Shown in pieces: positions 7,274-16,987 of a stretch of DNA of 64,000 nucleotides. The stretch is from a virus. Taxonomy: Duplodnaviria > Heunggongvirae > Uroviricota > Caudoviricetes. The stretch lies in the IMG/VR virus record IMGVR_UViG_3300035698_025354; one strand, written 5' to 3'. Every line of letters starts with the position of its first letter. Within the stretch, counting starts at the first letter, position 1. Below the pieces are notes generated by a model. That model was not told the DNA's origin. It worked only from the letters and a program-made list of their open reading frames with translations, and made no database searches. The translations under genes were made by a program, and so were the position numbers.

Positions 7274-9484
7274 ATGCGATCAATTGATGAAATTATTAAC
7301 GTTTTACGATCTACCAAAGATGGAATTTTTGATCTTGAATTGGAAGAAATCCAGCACTTAATCGATAAGGCTGATGCTACTTATCACAGAATCGGGTTAA
7401 CTTCTCCTATCTCGGATGAAGAATATGACCTGATTAGAAATCAGCTACGTAAAACCAATCCAGACGATGAAAGATTGTCTAGGATTGGTCCGAAATATAG
7501 TATGATTGAATTGCGTAATAAAATCACTCACACTATTCCAATGGGGTCACTTGATAATACTGTCGATGGTATCCTTGGATATCATAAATGGTATACTGAT
7601 ACTTGCAAAGTAATCGGTGAAGACAATACTGATATTTTTGTGTCGTTAAAAGTGGATGGTGGTAGTATCAGAGCTAGATATGAAAATGGGTTTTTAGTTG
7701 TCATTGCTACACGTGGTAATGGTGAAGTTGGTGAAGATATTACGGCAAATGGTATTAATTTCCGTGGCATTCCGACTAAATTGTCTGAACCAATTACATG
7801 CGATATTCGAGGTGAAGCTGTTTTACCTATTTCTGATTTTAAGGAAATTGTTGAAAGAGAATTTGGTAAGTCTTTTGAAGACATTCCAATCAAAGAAATC
7901 AGTAATCCAAGAAATATTGGTAACGGCATCTTTTCAAGAGATAGCGGGCAGGATTCAAACAGAATCAGTTTTTTGGCGTTTAATATTGTTTGTGACGATG
8001 TAGATTATAATTCCGAATTTGAAAAGATGAAACATCTTAAAGATTTAGGTCTTGAGACTGTTCCTCATCGTGTTGTTTCTGATGAAAAGGGGCTAACTGA
8101 ATTTTATAATGATATTGCTTCAAAAAGAGATGAGCTATCATTTGAAATCGATGGTCTTGTTACTGTTGTTGATAATGTTAATCATCAAAAGAAATTTTTA
8201 ACTGATGATATCAGATCTCATTTGCGTCCAAAACATTCTAGGGCTATTAAATTTCCGCATAAATCATCTATTACTACTTTAGAAGATGCTACAATTTCGG
8301 TTGGTCACACTGGGTCTATTATTCCAACTGCTAATCTTAAAGAAGTTAGGATCGGTGGTGTAAATGTCACGCATGCCCTGCTTAATAATTGGGATGAAAT
8401 CGGCAGGCTTGATGTTTCTATTGGCGATACTGTGGAAGTGATTCTGGCTGGTGATATTATACCAAAAATCATTAGATGCGTTGAACGTTCTCCAAATAGA
8501 AAAGAAATCTTAGAGCCAACAGAATGCCCATCTTGCGGTAAACCAACAAGCCGCGAATTACGCGGTAACCATGGTGCTGTTACTTATTGTTCTGATCCAC
8601 TTAATTGCCCAACTGTTCTTCGTGAGAAAATCGATCATTGGATTGGTAGTTCTAAAAAAGGTGTTGGGATCATGGATATTGGTGAAAACATATTAGCTGC
8701 TTTATGGGATAACAACCTTGTATCAGATCCGGCTGATTTATACACTTTAACTGTAGATGATTTAAAAGATCTTACGCTTGAAAGTGGTGTCCGTGTTGGC
8801 TCTTCACGAGCTGTTAAAATTGTTGAAAATATTGCCAGTAAGAAGAACCTATCATTACCGATGTTTCTTGGATCAATTGGGATTGATCTTTTAGGAAGAA
8901 GAAGAGTGAAAATCCTGCGGGATGCTGCTGATAGTAAACTTGATTCTCTTGATGATTGGTTAGATACGGAAAAATTTGGTGAATTAAAAATTAAGGGATT
9001 AGGTAAGTCTATAAAACAATCTGTGATCCGTGGCATTGAAACCAATCGTAAGCTAATTGAAAAATTTATCGCGAATGGTGTCACTATTGACTATCCAACC
9101 GCTACAACCATTATCACTGAAAAGCCATTTGATGGCATTAATTTTTGTCTTACTGGATCAAGAGAGTGCTCTGATGATATTACACGTCTTGGTGGAGAAT
9201 TAAAAAGTTCTATTTCTAAGAAGGTAAATTATCTTGTGCAAAAAGACGCACTAAGCACTACTAATAAGACAAAGAAAGCTGATGAATATGGTATCAGGGT
9301 GATTTCGTTCGATTTTTTAAAGCAAGTTATTGCTGGTGAAGAATCTTTGGATGGTGTTATCTGTAATGCTGGCTCTGGTGCGAGTGCGGTCAAAGAAGAA
9401 AATACAATATTGAATAAGACAAAGACAAAGACAAATTCTGACGTTGCAGATAATGCGGATAGGTTGGTGAATGAGTTGTTCTGA
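7274..9484 (+). CDS. ligA: NAD+-dependent DNA ligase (LigA-type)
   Basis: 736 aa. Adenylation motif K-V-D-G (SLKVDGGSIRARYENG). Cys4 zinc finger (CPSCGKP...C..C). HhH region. C-terminal BRCT-like segment (INFCLTGSRECSDD...LGGEL...VNYLV). Confidence 0.85.
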   Translation: MRSIDEIINVLRSTKDGIFDLELEEIQHLIDKADATYHRIGLTSPISDEEYDLIRNQLRKTNPDDERLSRIGPKYSMIELRNKITHTIPMGSLDNTVDGILGYHKWYTDTCKVIGEDNTDIFVSLKVDGGSIRARYENGFLVVIATRGNGEVGEDITANGINFRGIPTKLSEPITCDIRGEAVLPISDFKEIVEREFGKSFEDIPIKEISNPRNIGNGIFSRDSGQDSNRISFLAFNIVCDDVDYNSEFEKMKHLKDLGLETVPHRVVSDEKGLTEFYNDIASKRDELSFEIDGLVTVVDNVNHQKKFLTDDIRSHLRPKHSRAIKFPHKSSITTLEDATISVGHTGSIIPTANLKEVRIGGVNVTHALLNNWDEIGRLDVSIGDTVEVILAGDIIPKIIRCVERSPNRKEILEPTECPSCGKPTSRELRGNHGAVTYCSDPLNCPTVLREKIDHWIGSSKKGVGIMDIGENILAALWDNNLVSDPADLYTLTVDDLKDLTLESGVRVGSSRAVKIVENIASKKNLSLPMFLGSIGIDLLGRRRVKILRDAADSKLDSLDDWLDTEKFGELKIKGLGKSIKQSVIRGIETNRKLIEKFIANGVTIDYPTATTIITEKPFDGINFCLTGSRECSDDITRLGGELKSSISKKVNYLVQKDALSTTNKTKKADEYGIRVISFDFLKQVIAGEESLDGVICNAGSGASAVKEENTILNKTKTKTNSDVADNADRLVNELF

Positions 9485-10166
9485 TGTAGATCAGGGACGT
9501 AAATTTCCTGTTAGAATTCAGTTGTCAATACCTAACGGATACTTTTATAATTTTACGGCACTGGATGTTCCATTTGTTGTAGATCCTATAATTGATTCTA
9601 CTATCATATTTAATTTTAAAGAAGATTTGGTGTATATCTCTAAAATTAAATCAGTTATATGCTATATGCTAAATCATTGTGTTTTAGTGAATACAATACC
9701 TTTTAACTGTCATCCAGATCAGATAAAGTTGTTTATTTCCGCTTTTAAAGATTTATATGAAATAAGTGATATTTGTGAAAGTGAATCTCCTATTGCAAAT
9801 AAGTTTGTGTCGATCTTTGAGAAACTTGCTTATATTTCTGTTGATAGCACTACTTATATTGAAGTAGATTATAAACAGGTTAAGAAAATTGGTGAATATT
9901 GTAGATCAATTCTCATTGGTCAATTTTTTAAAGGAAGACCAAAAAGTGGGTCTGAATTTGATGATTGTTTTAGGAACTATAATACAGCTGTTGAAAAATT
10001 GCATAATATTATAATAAATAAAAAGCATGACAATATGATATGTCTTCATGATGTTTTGTGTGAGTGGGAAACTTATATTAATCAAAATAATGCTATATCT
10101 TGGGATGCTGATATGTCCGATTATTTGGATGCTAAAGATATAGTTTTTCAAAAATCTGCTATTTGA
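9471..10166 (+). CDS. hypothetical protein
   Basis: 231 aa ORF overlapping the ligase stop. Coding-like. No recognised motif. Confidence 0.45.
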   Translation: MSCSDVDQGRKFPVRIQLSIPNGYFYNFTALDVPFVVDPIIDSTIIFNFKEDLVYISKIKSVICYMLNHCVLVNTIPFNCHPDQIKLFISAFKDLYEISDICESESPIANKFVSIFEKLAYISVDSTTYIEVDYKQVKKIGEYCRSILIGQFFKGRPKSGSEFDDCFRNYNTAVEKLHNIIINKKHDNMICLHDVLCEWETYINQNNAISWDADMSDYLDAKDIVFQKSAI

Positions 10167-10501
10167 TAATCAGGTTAGAATATCAAATTAACCTATTATT
10201 CACATTTTGTAATAATCCTTTTGAGGGATTAGTTTTATCCCTGGATATTCGCAAATTAATGTAAAGGGGTAAGATTAATGCAAAGTGATGATCAGAAGTC
10301 AGATATGGAATTCACAATCGAAACCGGAACAAGATCGTAGCCGTGCGATGGAGCGTATATTGACCAACACGATGATGAACATTGGTGGTGGGTAGTTAAA
10401 TTTGACAGCTTGGAATCTTTAATGCAATTCGTCGCCAAGTATAAAAGTTGTACTGTTAGTAGATTCGGAACAATAAACTATATTAAAATTGGGGGAGACC
10501 T

Positions 10502-11176
10502 ATGAATAAAGAACAAAGCCAGTCAGAAGAAATTGAAGAGCATGAGAGTTTTGGTCTGATTAGTGCCACAAGGGTTACTGGTGGTAGGGATGTTTTGTTT
10601 GGATCGTCTATTAAACATGATAATGTGATTGCATTAGAAATTAAGCGTGCTTGCAGAAGACGTGATTTGTACCGTAACTGGTATTGTGGTAAAGAAACCT
10701 TGGTGAGAATTGAAATGAGTCATTCTCAATTCGCCGATTTTATCACGTCCTTAAATCAGGGCGATGGTGTTCCGTGTACTTTAAGGCGGTTAGATAATAA
10801 ACCAGTTGAAGAATGTCCTGTTATTGATGAGCGGCTTAAATTTGAAACTGAATTTAAACAGAAAATAAATTCAATTTCTTCAGATGCATCTAAATTAGTG
10901 GAAGATGCGTCACGAATTTTATCAGATAAGAGACCTCCTAAAAAAACTGATAGAAATCAGTTGATTGAGGATATGCGAATGTTGATGCAAGATATTAATA
11001 ATAATTTACCATTTGTTCAAAGTCAATTTAATGAGGCTATGGATAAAGTTGTAAAAGAGGCAAAGGGTGAAATTGAAGCGTATACGGCACAAAAACTTGG
11101 GTCTGGTAGTTTACCTGATAATTTACCTGATAATTTACCTGATAATTCACTTGATAATGTGAAATTTATTGAATAA
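10502..11176 (+). CDS. hypothetical protein with C-terminal LPDN pentapeptide repeats
   Basis: Strong RBS GGGGGAG 7 nt upstream of the ATG. The C-terminus LPDNLPDNLPDNSLDN is encoded by a 12-15 bp tandem DNA repeat at about 11113-11160. Confidence 0.5.
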   Translation: MNKEQSQSEEIEEHESFGLISATRVTGGRDVLFGSSIKHDNVIALEIKRACRRRDLYRNWYCGKETLVRIEMSHSQFADFITSLNQGDGVPCTLRRLDNKPVEECPVIDERLKFETEFKQKINSISSDASKLVEDASRILSDKRPPKKTDRNQLIEDMRMLMQDINNNLPFVQSQFNEAMDKVVKEAKGEIEAYTAQKLGSGSLPDNLPDNLPDNSLDNVKFIE

Positions 11177-11271
11177 TGTTTGTAGCTTCATAAGTTATTC
11201 TTATATTTTTAATATGCTTTTGTAGTGTATTGAAAAAGTATATAGAATTTTGTGGATTATTTGGAGCTAAT

Positions 11272-12237
11272 ATGACAAATCAAAAAAGAGCACTTATTAT
11301 AGGTTGTACTGGTCAGGATGGATCATATCTTTGCGAATTCTTGTTGTCAAAGGGATATGAAGTCCATGGTGTTGTTAGAAGATCCAGTATTTCAAATACT
11401 GATCGTATTGACCATATTTTAGATTTTTTAACAATACACCAGTCTGATATTACCGACCAAGGTTCATTGAGAAGACTGATAGATAATGTTAAACCGGATG
11501 AGGTCTATAATTTAGCTGCACAATCATTTGTTAAGGCTAGTTTTGATCATCCTGTTTCTACTGGTGATATGACGGCTCTTGGTGTTGCTAGAATTCTTGA
11601 AGCTATTCGCGATTCTAATAAATATATCAAATTTTACCAAGCTTCCTCTAGTGAGATGTTTGGTAAGGTTCAGGAAACGCCGCAGGTTGAGACTACTCCC
11701 TTTTATCCTAGAAGTCCGTATGGTGCTGCTAAATTATATGGTCATTTTATGACTGTTAATTATCGCGAGAGTTATGATATGTTTTGTGTTTCTGGTATAT
11801 TATTTAATCATGAAAGCCCAAGACGTGGTATTGAATTTGTTACTAGGAAGATCTCTAATGCTGTTGCTAGGATCAAACTTGGTAAACAGGATAAGTTATT
11901 TCTTGGTAATCTTGATGCAAAGCGTGATTGGGGACATGCTAGGGATTATGTTGAGGCTATGTGGTTGATGCTTCAACAGAGTGTACCAGATGATTATGTT
12001 ATTTCTACTGGTAAGACATACTCTGTTAGGGATTTTGTTAGGTCTGCGTTTGAACATGTTGGTCTTGATTATAATAATTATGTGGAGATTGATCCTAAGT
12101 TTTATAGGCCGTCAGAGGTTAATTTGTTATTGGGTGATTCTACTAAGGCTAAAGAAAAGCTTGGGTGGGTTCCTAAGATTGATTTTAAACAGTTGGTTGC
12201 TGAAATGGTTGATGATGATATTATTAAAGAGTCTTAA
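11272..12237 (+). CDS. gmd: GDP-mannose 4,6-dehydratase
   Basis: N-terminus [33 protein letters not shown] (Rossmann GxxGxxG). Catalytic YxxxK (YGAAKLY). NHESPRRG motif. About 320 aa, typical Gmd length. GGAG 8 nt upstream of the ATG at 11272. Confidence 0.85.
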   Translation: MTNQKRALIIGCTGQDGSYLCEFLLSKGYEVHGVVRRSSISNTDRIDHILDFLTIHQSDITDQGSLRRLIDNVKPDEVYNLAAQSFVKASFDHPVSTGDMTALGVARILEAIRDSNKYIKFYQASSSEMFGKVQETPQVETTPFYPRSPYGAAKLYGHFMTVNYRESYDMFCVSGILFNHESPRRGIEFVTRKISNAVARIKLGKQDKLFLGNLDAKRDWGHARDYVEAMWLMLQQSVPDDYVISTGKTYSVRDFVRSAFEHVGLDYNNYVEIDPKFYRPSEVNLLLGDSTKAKEKLGWVPKIDFKQLVAEMVDDDIIKES

Positions 12238-12359
12238 TCTCCATGAAAGTTTGTTTATTATGCATAATAGTGCAAACATATTAACAAACCAAGAACCCAC
12301 CTGTTTTATCAAAAATAATGTAGTTACAGGAATTACCTAATTACTGAAGGAGATTACTT

Positions 12360-12764
12360 ATGGCACAACCTGCCAACACTGACATTAAGGTCTATCGTAG
12401 ATTAAGAGCATACCGGCAGGCTCATCGTCATGAGTCGATCGCTGCTCTTATCAAACGACTCCGTCCACTTGCTATGAGCATCCCAGCGGATGAAATCCTC
12501 ACTGAGGTTAAAACGCGGGATACCACTACTGCTGACTTCAGTTCGTATATGGGTGAAGCTCGTCACAATGCAACTCGCGGCTTTCCGATTGTTATTGGGC
12601 TGAAAGATCAAGTGTCTTTCTCTGCAGCTCAAACAAATTTGACAGCTATTGATTTTGCATTCCAGATTGGACATGACAAGTTCTTGGCTAATACAACCTC
12701 TGGGTTGGCTACTCAAGATCTGCATGCTGATGCTCGTGCTCTGACACCTGACCTCGACATGTAA
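12360..12764 (+). CDS. hypothetical small protein (134 aa) with atypical, high-GC, optimal-codon-like usage
   Basis: Strong SD GAAGGAGAT 7 nt upstream. Codons biased to GCT/CGT/ACT/CTG, unlike its neighbours. Followed immediately by a strong terminator. Confidence 0.55.
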   Translation: MAQPANTDIKVYRRLRAYRQAHRHESIAALIKRLRPLAMSIPADEILTEVKTRDTTTADFSSYMGEARHNATRGFPIVIGLKDQVSFSAAQTNLTAIDFAFQIGHDKFLANTTSGLATQDLHADARALTPDLDM

Positions 12765-12772
12765 GAAAATTG

Positions 12773-12815
12773 GGGCGGTTATGGCTTGTAATCATAACCG
12801 CCCCATCTGTATATA
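12773..12815 (+). terminator. rho-independent terminator
   Basis: Perfect 12 bp stem ggggcggttatg / cataaccgcccc with a 9 nt loop, then a U-rich tail. Confidence 0.55.
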
Positions 12816-12886
12816 TAATCTATTTATAACTTTTATTCTGATATGCCATTAGCTCACACAAAAATAATTGTAAGGAGCATTAAAAT

Positions 12887-13417
12887 ATGTCAATACAAGT
12901 ACCATTTACGGCACACATTCGAGTAGTTCCATCTCGTGGGACTGGTAAAAGATTTGAATATATTAGATCAATGCAAAAAATTGCAATCGAAGTATATTCA
13001 CAATTAGAAAATGATTCTGATTTAAATCTTGCATGGCCCGGTGGCGGTCAATTTAATTCATTAAAAAGTGCAAGCTCAGGTATCAAAAGTGGTACAGCAA
13101 TTAAGCCACAAATTGGTGAAAATCCAGCTCAATTGATGATAACTGGATTTCTAACATCTAGTGGCACCAATGCACCAACTCATCCAGATAAAGCAATAAT
13201 CCACTCCGGAACTTACCAAGAAGGATATGGTGGATCACATGGATGGTCCGCAAATCCTGCTTCCGCCACTGATACATATGCGTCAACTCTTAAAACTAAG
13301 ATAAATGCCGCTGTGACATCTGCGTCTAATGTGTTAACATTCTCGGCAGATTGGAATATTTTTAAGTTAGAAGTTGCTGGTGTTGTTTATGGCGATAAAG
13401 GATACACTTTTCCATAA
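12887..13417 (+). CDS. hypothetical protein (possible virion component)
   Basis: 176 aa. Strong SD TAAGGAG 8 nt upstream. Gly/Ser/Thr/Ala-rich. Confidence 0.45.
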   Translation: MSIQVPFTAHIRVVPSRGTGKRFEYIRSMQKIAIEVYSQLENDSDLNLAWPGGGQFNSLKSASSGIKSGTAIKPQIGENPAQLMITGFLTSSGTNAPTHPDKAIIHSGTYQEGYGGSHGWSANPASATDTYASTLKTKINAAVTSASNVLTFSADWNIFKLEVAGVVYGDKGYTFP

Positions 13418-13426
13418 AGGGTTGAT

Positions 13427-14134
13427 ATGGCGATAATTGGACCAGATGACGTTCCGAGTATTCTCAAAGTTAATAGTGAGCCGATGAAAAAGTATGTCCT
13501 AACTAAGTTAGGGCATCCAAATGTCGAAGTGGAAATCACTGAAGATCAGTGGGAAACGCTGTGGAGGGTTGCTGGTGATTTTATTTCTGCATATTTTCCA
13601 CGTGAACAAAAGCTTGGTTTGTTTTGGACTACTCCATTGCAATCAACATATCCACTACCAGAAGATGCGTATTGGATTCAAGAAGTTTCATGGGACCCAG
13701 TCACTACTAGAATTGATGATGTATTTGGTGCAGAAAGTTTCCTATTTTGTTTTTCGCCGGAATTGCGAATATTAGATAAATTTGGTAAATTACAATATCT
13801 TGACGATTGGAAGAGGACATGGAAAGCTAAGACTCCATATGGTGATAGCACTATGTTGATTCAGAAGCATGATAATTTTAGGGCGTTACCTAAAATCAAA
13901 ATAGAATATTCTGGTGGAATGATTGAAGCTACTTCAAATCATATTATTAAATCTAATGAAAAGTGGAGAGAATTATCTGAAATAAATATTGGTGATAAAT
14001 TGTCTGGTGTCAAAAATATGTTGGATGTTCAAAATATTTCAAGATCTGAAAGCACAGATGCTATATCATTAAGAGCTAATAATTCGGGGTGTTATTACGG
14101 ATGCATAAAAGGAAAGCCAATTTTGATCCATTAA
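13427..14134 (+). CDS. hypothetical protein (possible neck/structural protein) with a Hint-like C-terminal tail
   Basis: 235 aa. The last ~80 aa (IEATSNHIIKSNEKWRELSEINIGDKLSG) resemble intein/Hint blocks. The 3' end overlaps the next ORF by 46 bp in another frame. Confidence 0.35.
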   Translation: MAIIGPDDVPSILKVNSEPMKKYVLTKLGHPNVEVEITEDQWETLWRVAGDFISAYFPREQKLGLFWTTPLQSTYPLPEDAYWIQEVSWDPVTTRIDDVFGAESFLFCFSPELRILDKFGKLQYLDDWKRTWKAKTPYGDSTMLIQKHDNFRALPKIKIEYSGGMIEATSNHIIKSNEKWRELSEINIGDKLSGVKNMLDVQNISRSESTDAISLRANNSGCYYGCIKGKPILIH

Positions 14135-15099
14135 AATTTACTCCATCAACCATACATAATAAAATTTATATAAATATAGACGATTTAAAAGAATACTTTA
14201 AAGAGCATACTTTAAAAGAATGCTCTCTTAAATATAAATGCTCTCCTGTTACTATAAAAAGAAAACTTAGATCTGTTGATGTAGATACATCAATACATAA
14301 TCATAGTAAATTATCTGCTAAAAAATCAGCAGAAGCTTCTATAAATGGTAAAAATAAGCCAACCGAAGAAGAACTATATTCCTTATTAGTGGAAAAGAAT
14401 CTTGATTCTAAAACTATAGCAGAAATGTATGGTCTACATTATAATACTATTAGAAGTATGGCACGTAAGCAAGGTATAAAGAAAAGCCATGCTGATATTG
14501 CTAAATCTATGCAAAATAGGCATATGTTAAAGCATGGTGTGATGCATCCAGCACAAAGACCAGATGTGATAGCTAAAACATCTATTAGTTTGAATAAGGT
14601 AAAATATAATAATATTTGTTTTAAATCTTTAACTGAATTTGGATATGCGTTATTATTAAATAAAATGAACAAAGAATGGTATTATGAGGAAATGCGTATC
14701 CCATATGTTGATATGATGACTGGAAAAAGAAGAATATATGTTATTGATTTTACGGTTGTTAGTGATGAGAAAATAGAGTGGATTGAAATTAAACCAAATA
14801 ATAAAATGATACCAGAAGACAAAAGAATATATGCTGAAAGAAGGGCCGAAGAAGCTAATGTTGAGTATAGGGGGATTGATCTTGAAGAGAGGGAAGACTT
14901 GTGGAAATTAATTGTTGATGGATATGATTTTGATAATGTCGAATTTCTTCATAGAACCCCAAGATCTACTAGTTCAAAAATAACGTACTACTTTAAAAAC
15001 CAAAATGACGCGGTTGATTATAAATTAGATGGATGGCGTCAATTTACAAAACCAACAAATGAAGGTGCATTATGGAAAAAGATATTGGTAAGAAAATAA
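14101..15099 (+). CDS. free-standing homing-endonuclease-like protein (tandem HTH DNA-binding modules + PD-(D/E)xK-like nuclease domain)
   Basis: HTH segments KECSLKYKCSPVTIKRKL and TIAEMYGLHYNTIRSMARKQGI resemble NUMOD1/Seg-like modules. The C-terminal YVIDF...EWIEIKP fits a D...E.K nuclease motif. It is inserted among structural genes. Confidence 0.45.
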   Translation: MHKRKANFDPLKFTPSTIHNKIYINIDDLKEYFKEHTLKECSLKYKCSPVTIKRKLRSVDVDTSIHNHSKLSAKKSAEASINGKNKPTEEELYSLLVEKNLDSKTIAEMYGLHYNTIRSMARKQGIKKSHADIAKSMQNRHMLKHGVMHPAQRPDVIAKTSISLNKVKYNNICFKSLTEFGYALLLNKMNKEWYYEEMRIPYVDMMTGKRRIYVIDFTVVSDEKIEWIEIKPNNKMIPEDKRIYAERRAEEANVEYRGIDLEEREDLWKLIVDGYDFDNVEFLHRTPRSTSSKITYYFKNQNDAVDYKLDGWRQFTKPTNEGALWKKILVRK

Positions 15100-15815
15100 C
15101 CATTCTGCCATTTCAACATATAAGTGCGTTCTCAGATATTGATACTGGAGAAATTTTTGTAAATCAATCTTTTATAGACAATGCTTTAGAAGAAAATGTA
15201 GCTCACGAATTATCGCATATTATATCATGTGATCCAGATCATAGTTTTAAATTTATTGATCAATTAAATGATTTTGGTTATCAATATAATAATTTTAATG
15301 ATTTATTTAAAACTATGAGAAGAAGATGTGGAATCAAATCAAGTATTGCGGCTAATATAGGTAATGTGTCTGGAATACAAAATATATTAACAGATTATCA
15401 TTTATTGCAAGCCTATAGGAAATTTTCGCAGAAAATTCTTGGTACGGAGGGCCATTGGGAAGTAATTAATGAGGGTACTAGTAATGTTACTGGTGATTCA
15501 TTAAGTGCAAAAGATCAGCTTATTAGATTATATCCAACACCAAAAGGTGCATTTCCAGTAGTTGTACTTTATATTCCTGTTGTTAATCATTTTAGAAGTC
15601 CGCAAGCGAGACAGTTGTGTTATAATATGATGTGTGCCGAAGCTAAAATATGTGTTGGGATGTCTCGTAGAAAAATATCTGGGATGCCAACACCAGATGG
15701 CGGATCAATAAGTTATGATGGATCTGACTTGGTTCAAGAGGGCGAAAAGATGAAAGAAAATATTCTTAAAGAGGCTCTTGATCTTGGTGAGCCATTGTCG
15801 GTTTATGTATTGTAA
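15072..15815 (+). CDS. hypothetical structural protein (neck/head-completion candidate)
   Basis: 247 aa in the position of neck genes upstream of the sheath. No motif recognised. Confidence 0.35.
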   Translation: MEKDIGKKITILPFQHISAFSDIDTGEIFVNQSFIDNALEENVAHELSHIISCDPDHSFKFIDQLNDFGYQYNNFNDLFKTMRRRCGIKSSIAANIGNVSGIQNILTDYHLLQAYRKFSQKILGTEGHWEVINEGTSNVTGDSLSAKDQLIRLYPTPKGAFPVVVLYIPVVNHFRSPQARQLCYNMMCAEAKICVGMSRRKISGMPTPDGGSISYDGSDLVQEGEKMKENILKEALDLGEPLSVYVL

Positions 15816-15826
15816 TAGGGCTAAAA

Positions 15827-16330
15827 ATGTCTAGATTAGAAACAAGTATTCACATTCAATTAGAAGTTATTCCTTCTGGGAAAATACTTATCCCAGGATG
15901 TGAGCCAACATCTGCTGTATCTTCTAATAAATTATCTAGTTGGTTGGCACAATCTGGGTGCACGGATGGTGCATTGGTAAATCTTGAAGATGCTTTGAAC
16001 GCTATTCCTGGTTCGTATGTTAAATTTGGATCTAATTTTTCTAGGGGGAATATGCGTCAAAAGTGGTTTGTGTTTCCATCTAGGGATGTTGATTGTCCTT
16101 GTGCTGATCAGCCCGATTGGTATAATGAACTTCGAAAATTGAATCAAATAGAAGAAGATGTGGTGGAGGATTTTGATTCTTGTGATACTATAGATATGGG
16201 ATATTGCCCGTCACCAGATTTTAATTCTACTCCGGCTCCTCCACCAAATCCATATAAGAAAGAAGGATCTTTTCCGGCTGGTGTTGGTATATTACCACCA
16301 ATCCCGCCATGGTCTCTTAGCGGCACATAA
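15827..16330 (+). CDS. hypothetical protein, Pro-rich C-terminus
   Basis: 167 aa ORF in the tight + strand array. Confidence 0.4.
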   Translation: MSRLETSIHIQLEVIPSGKILIPGCEPTSAVSSNKLSSWLAQSGCTDGALVNLEDALNAIPGSYVKFGSNFSRGNMRQKWFVFPSRDVDCPCADQPDWYNELRKLNQIEEDVVEDFDSCDTIDMGYCPSPDFNSTPAPPPNPYKKEGSFPAGVGILPPIPPWSLSGT

Positions 16331-16348
16331 TTTCTTCCCAAATATACT

Positions 16349-16987
16349 TTGGAGGAAATTATGGGAGTACACAATTTTGCTATAAACACTGGCGAAGTAT
16401 CATCGGATGCTTTTAGATCTGTTTGGCAAAGTAATAGAACCGAATCTGAACAGCGTCATACACCGCTTGCTATTCACGACAATAGTTCAGCTGATATTAA
16501 GATGGCTAGAAGATTAGCCGATGAGATGATAAATGTTTCTGGTGCTGAAGTCAAGATATTCAGAAGAACTGATAATGCTGATTATGATAGGACTTGGGAT
16601 GAAGACGCGGACCCATCCTATTGGCCAGCTGAATATCTGAAAGGGTACTTTGCTCCAAGACCATTAGAAGTGGTACTAATTGATTTTGGGGTTGACAATC
16701 CAAATCAAACTGAAATTATTTTTAGTCATCTACAAATAATTGAAAAATTTGATAATAGAATGCTACGGGCTGGCGATGTTATTCAGTTGCCATATAATGA
16801 TGCTAGTATGAAGATTGAAAATTTTAGAGTTTTAAATGCTGCTCCATCTGGTAATTTTAGATATGTGTGGTTGTACTTTACATGTCAGGTTGAAGTTTTA
16901 ACAGCTGATATTACTGTTAGAGTTCAGGAGGATATTCAAGGTAATGCTGATTTGGATTCTGGCGGTGTTTTCAGGGAAATGATTTAA
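16349..16987 (+). CDS. hypothetical structural protein (neck candidate)
   Basis: 212 aa. RBS GGAGGAAAT before the ATG. Confidence 0.4.
   Translation: MEEIMGVHNFAINTGEVSSDAFRSVWQSNRTESEQRHTPLAIHDNSSADIKMARRLADEMINVSGAEVKIFRRTDNADYDRTWDEDADPSYWPAEYLKGYFAPRPLEVVLIDFGVDNPNQTEIIFSHLQIIEKFDNRMLRAGDVIQLPYNDASMKIENFRVLNAAPSGNFRYVWLYFTCQVEVLTADITVRVQEDIQGNADLDSGGVFREMI

Noticed and set aside
7020-7283. Minus-strand 87 aa ORF overlapping the ligase promoter region
   Set aside because: No RBS. It spans the GC-rich non-coding segment and the terminator hairpin.
11774-12340. Leu/Ile-rich + strand ORFs (64 and 119 aa) in alternative frames over the gmd 3' end
   Set aside because: Alternative-frame artefacts of the AT-rich gmd coding sequence. 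The second is a TTG-initiated read-through into the intergenic region.
14160-14180. T4 late-promoter-like TATAAATA strings (also near 5265 and 6140)
   Set aside because: They occur inside coding sequence in very AT-rich DNA where the octamer is expected by chance, so none was called as a promoter.
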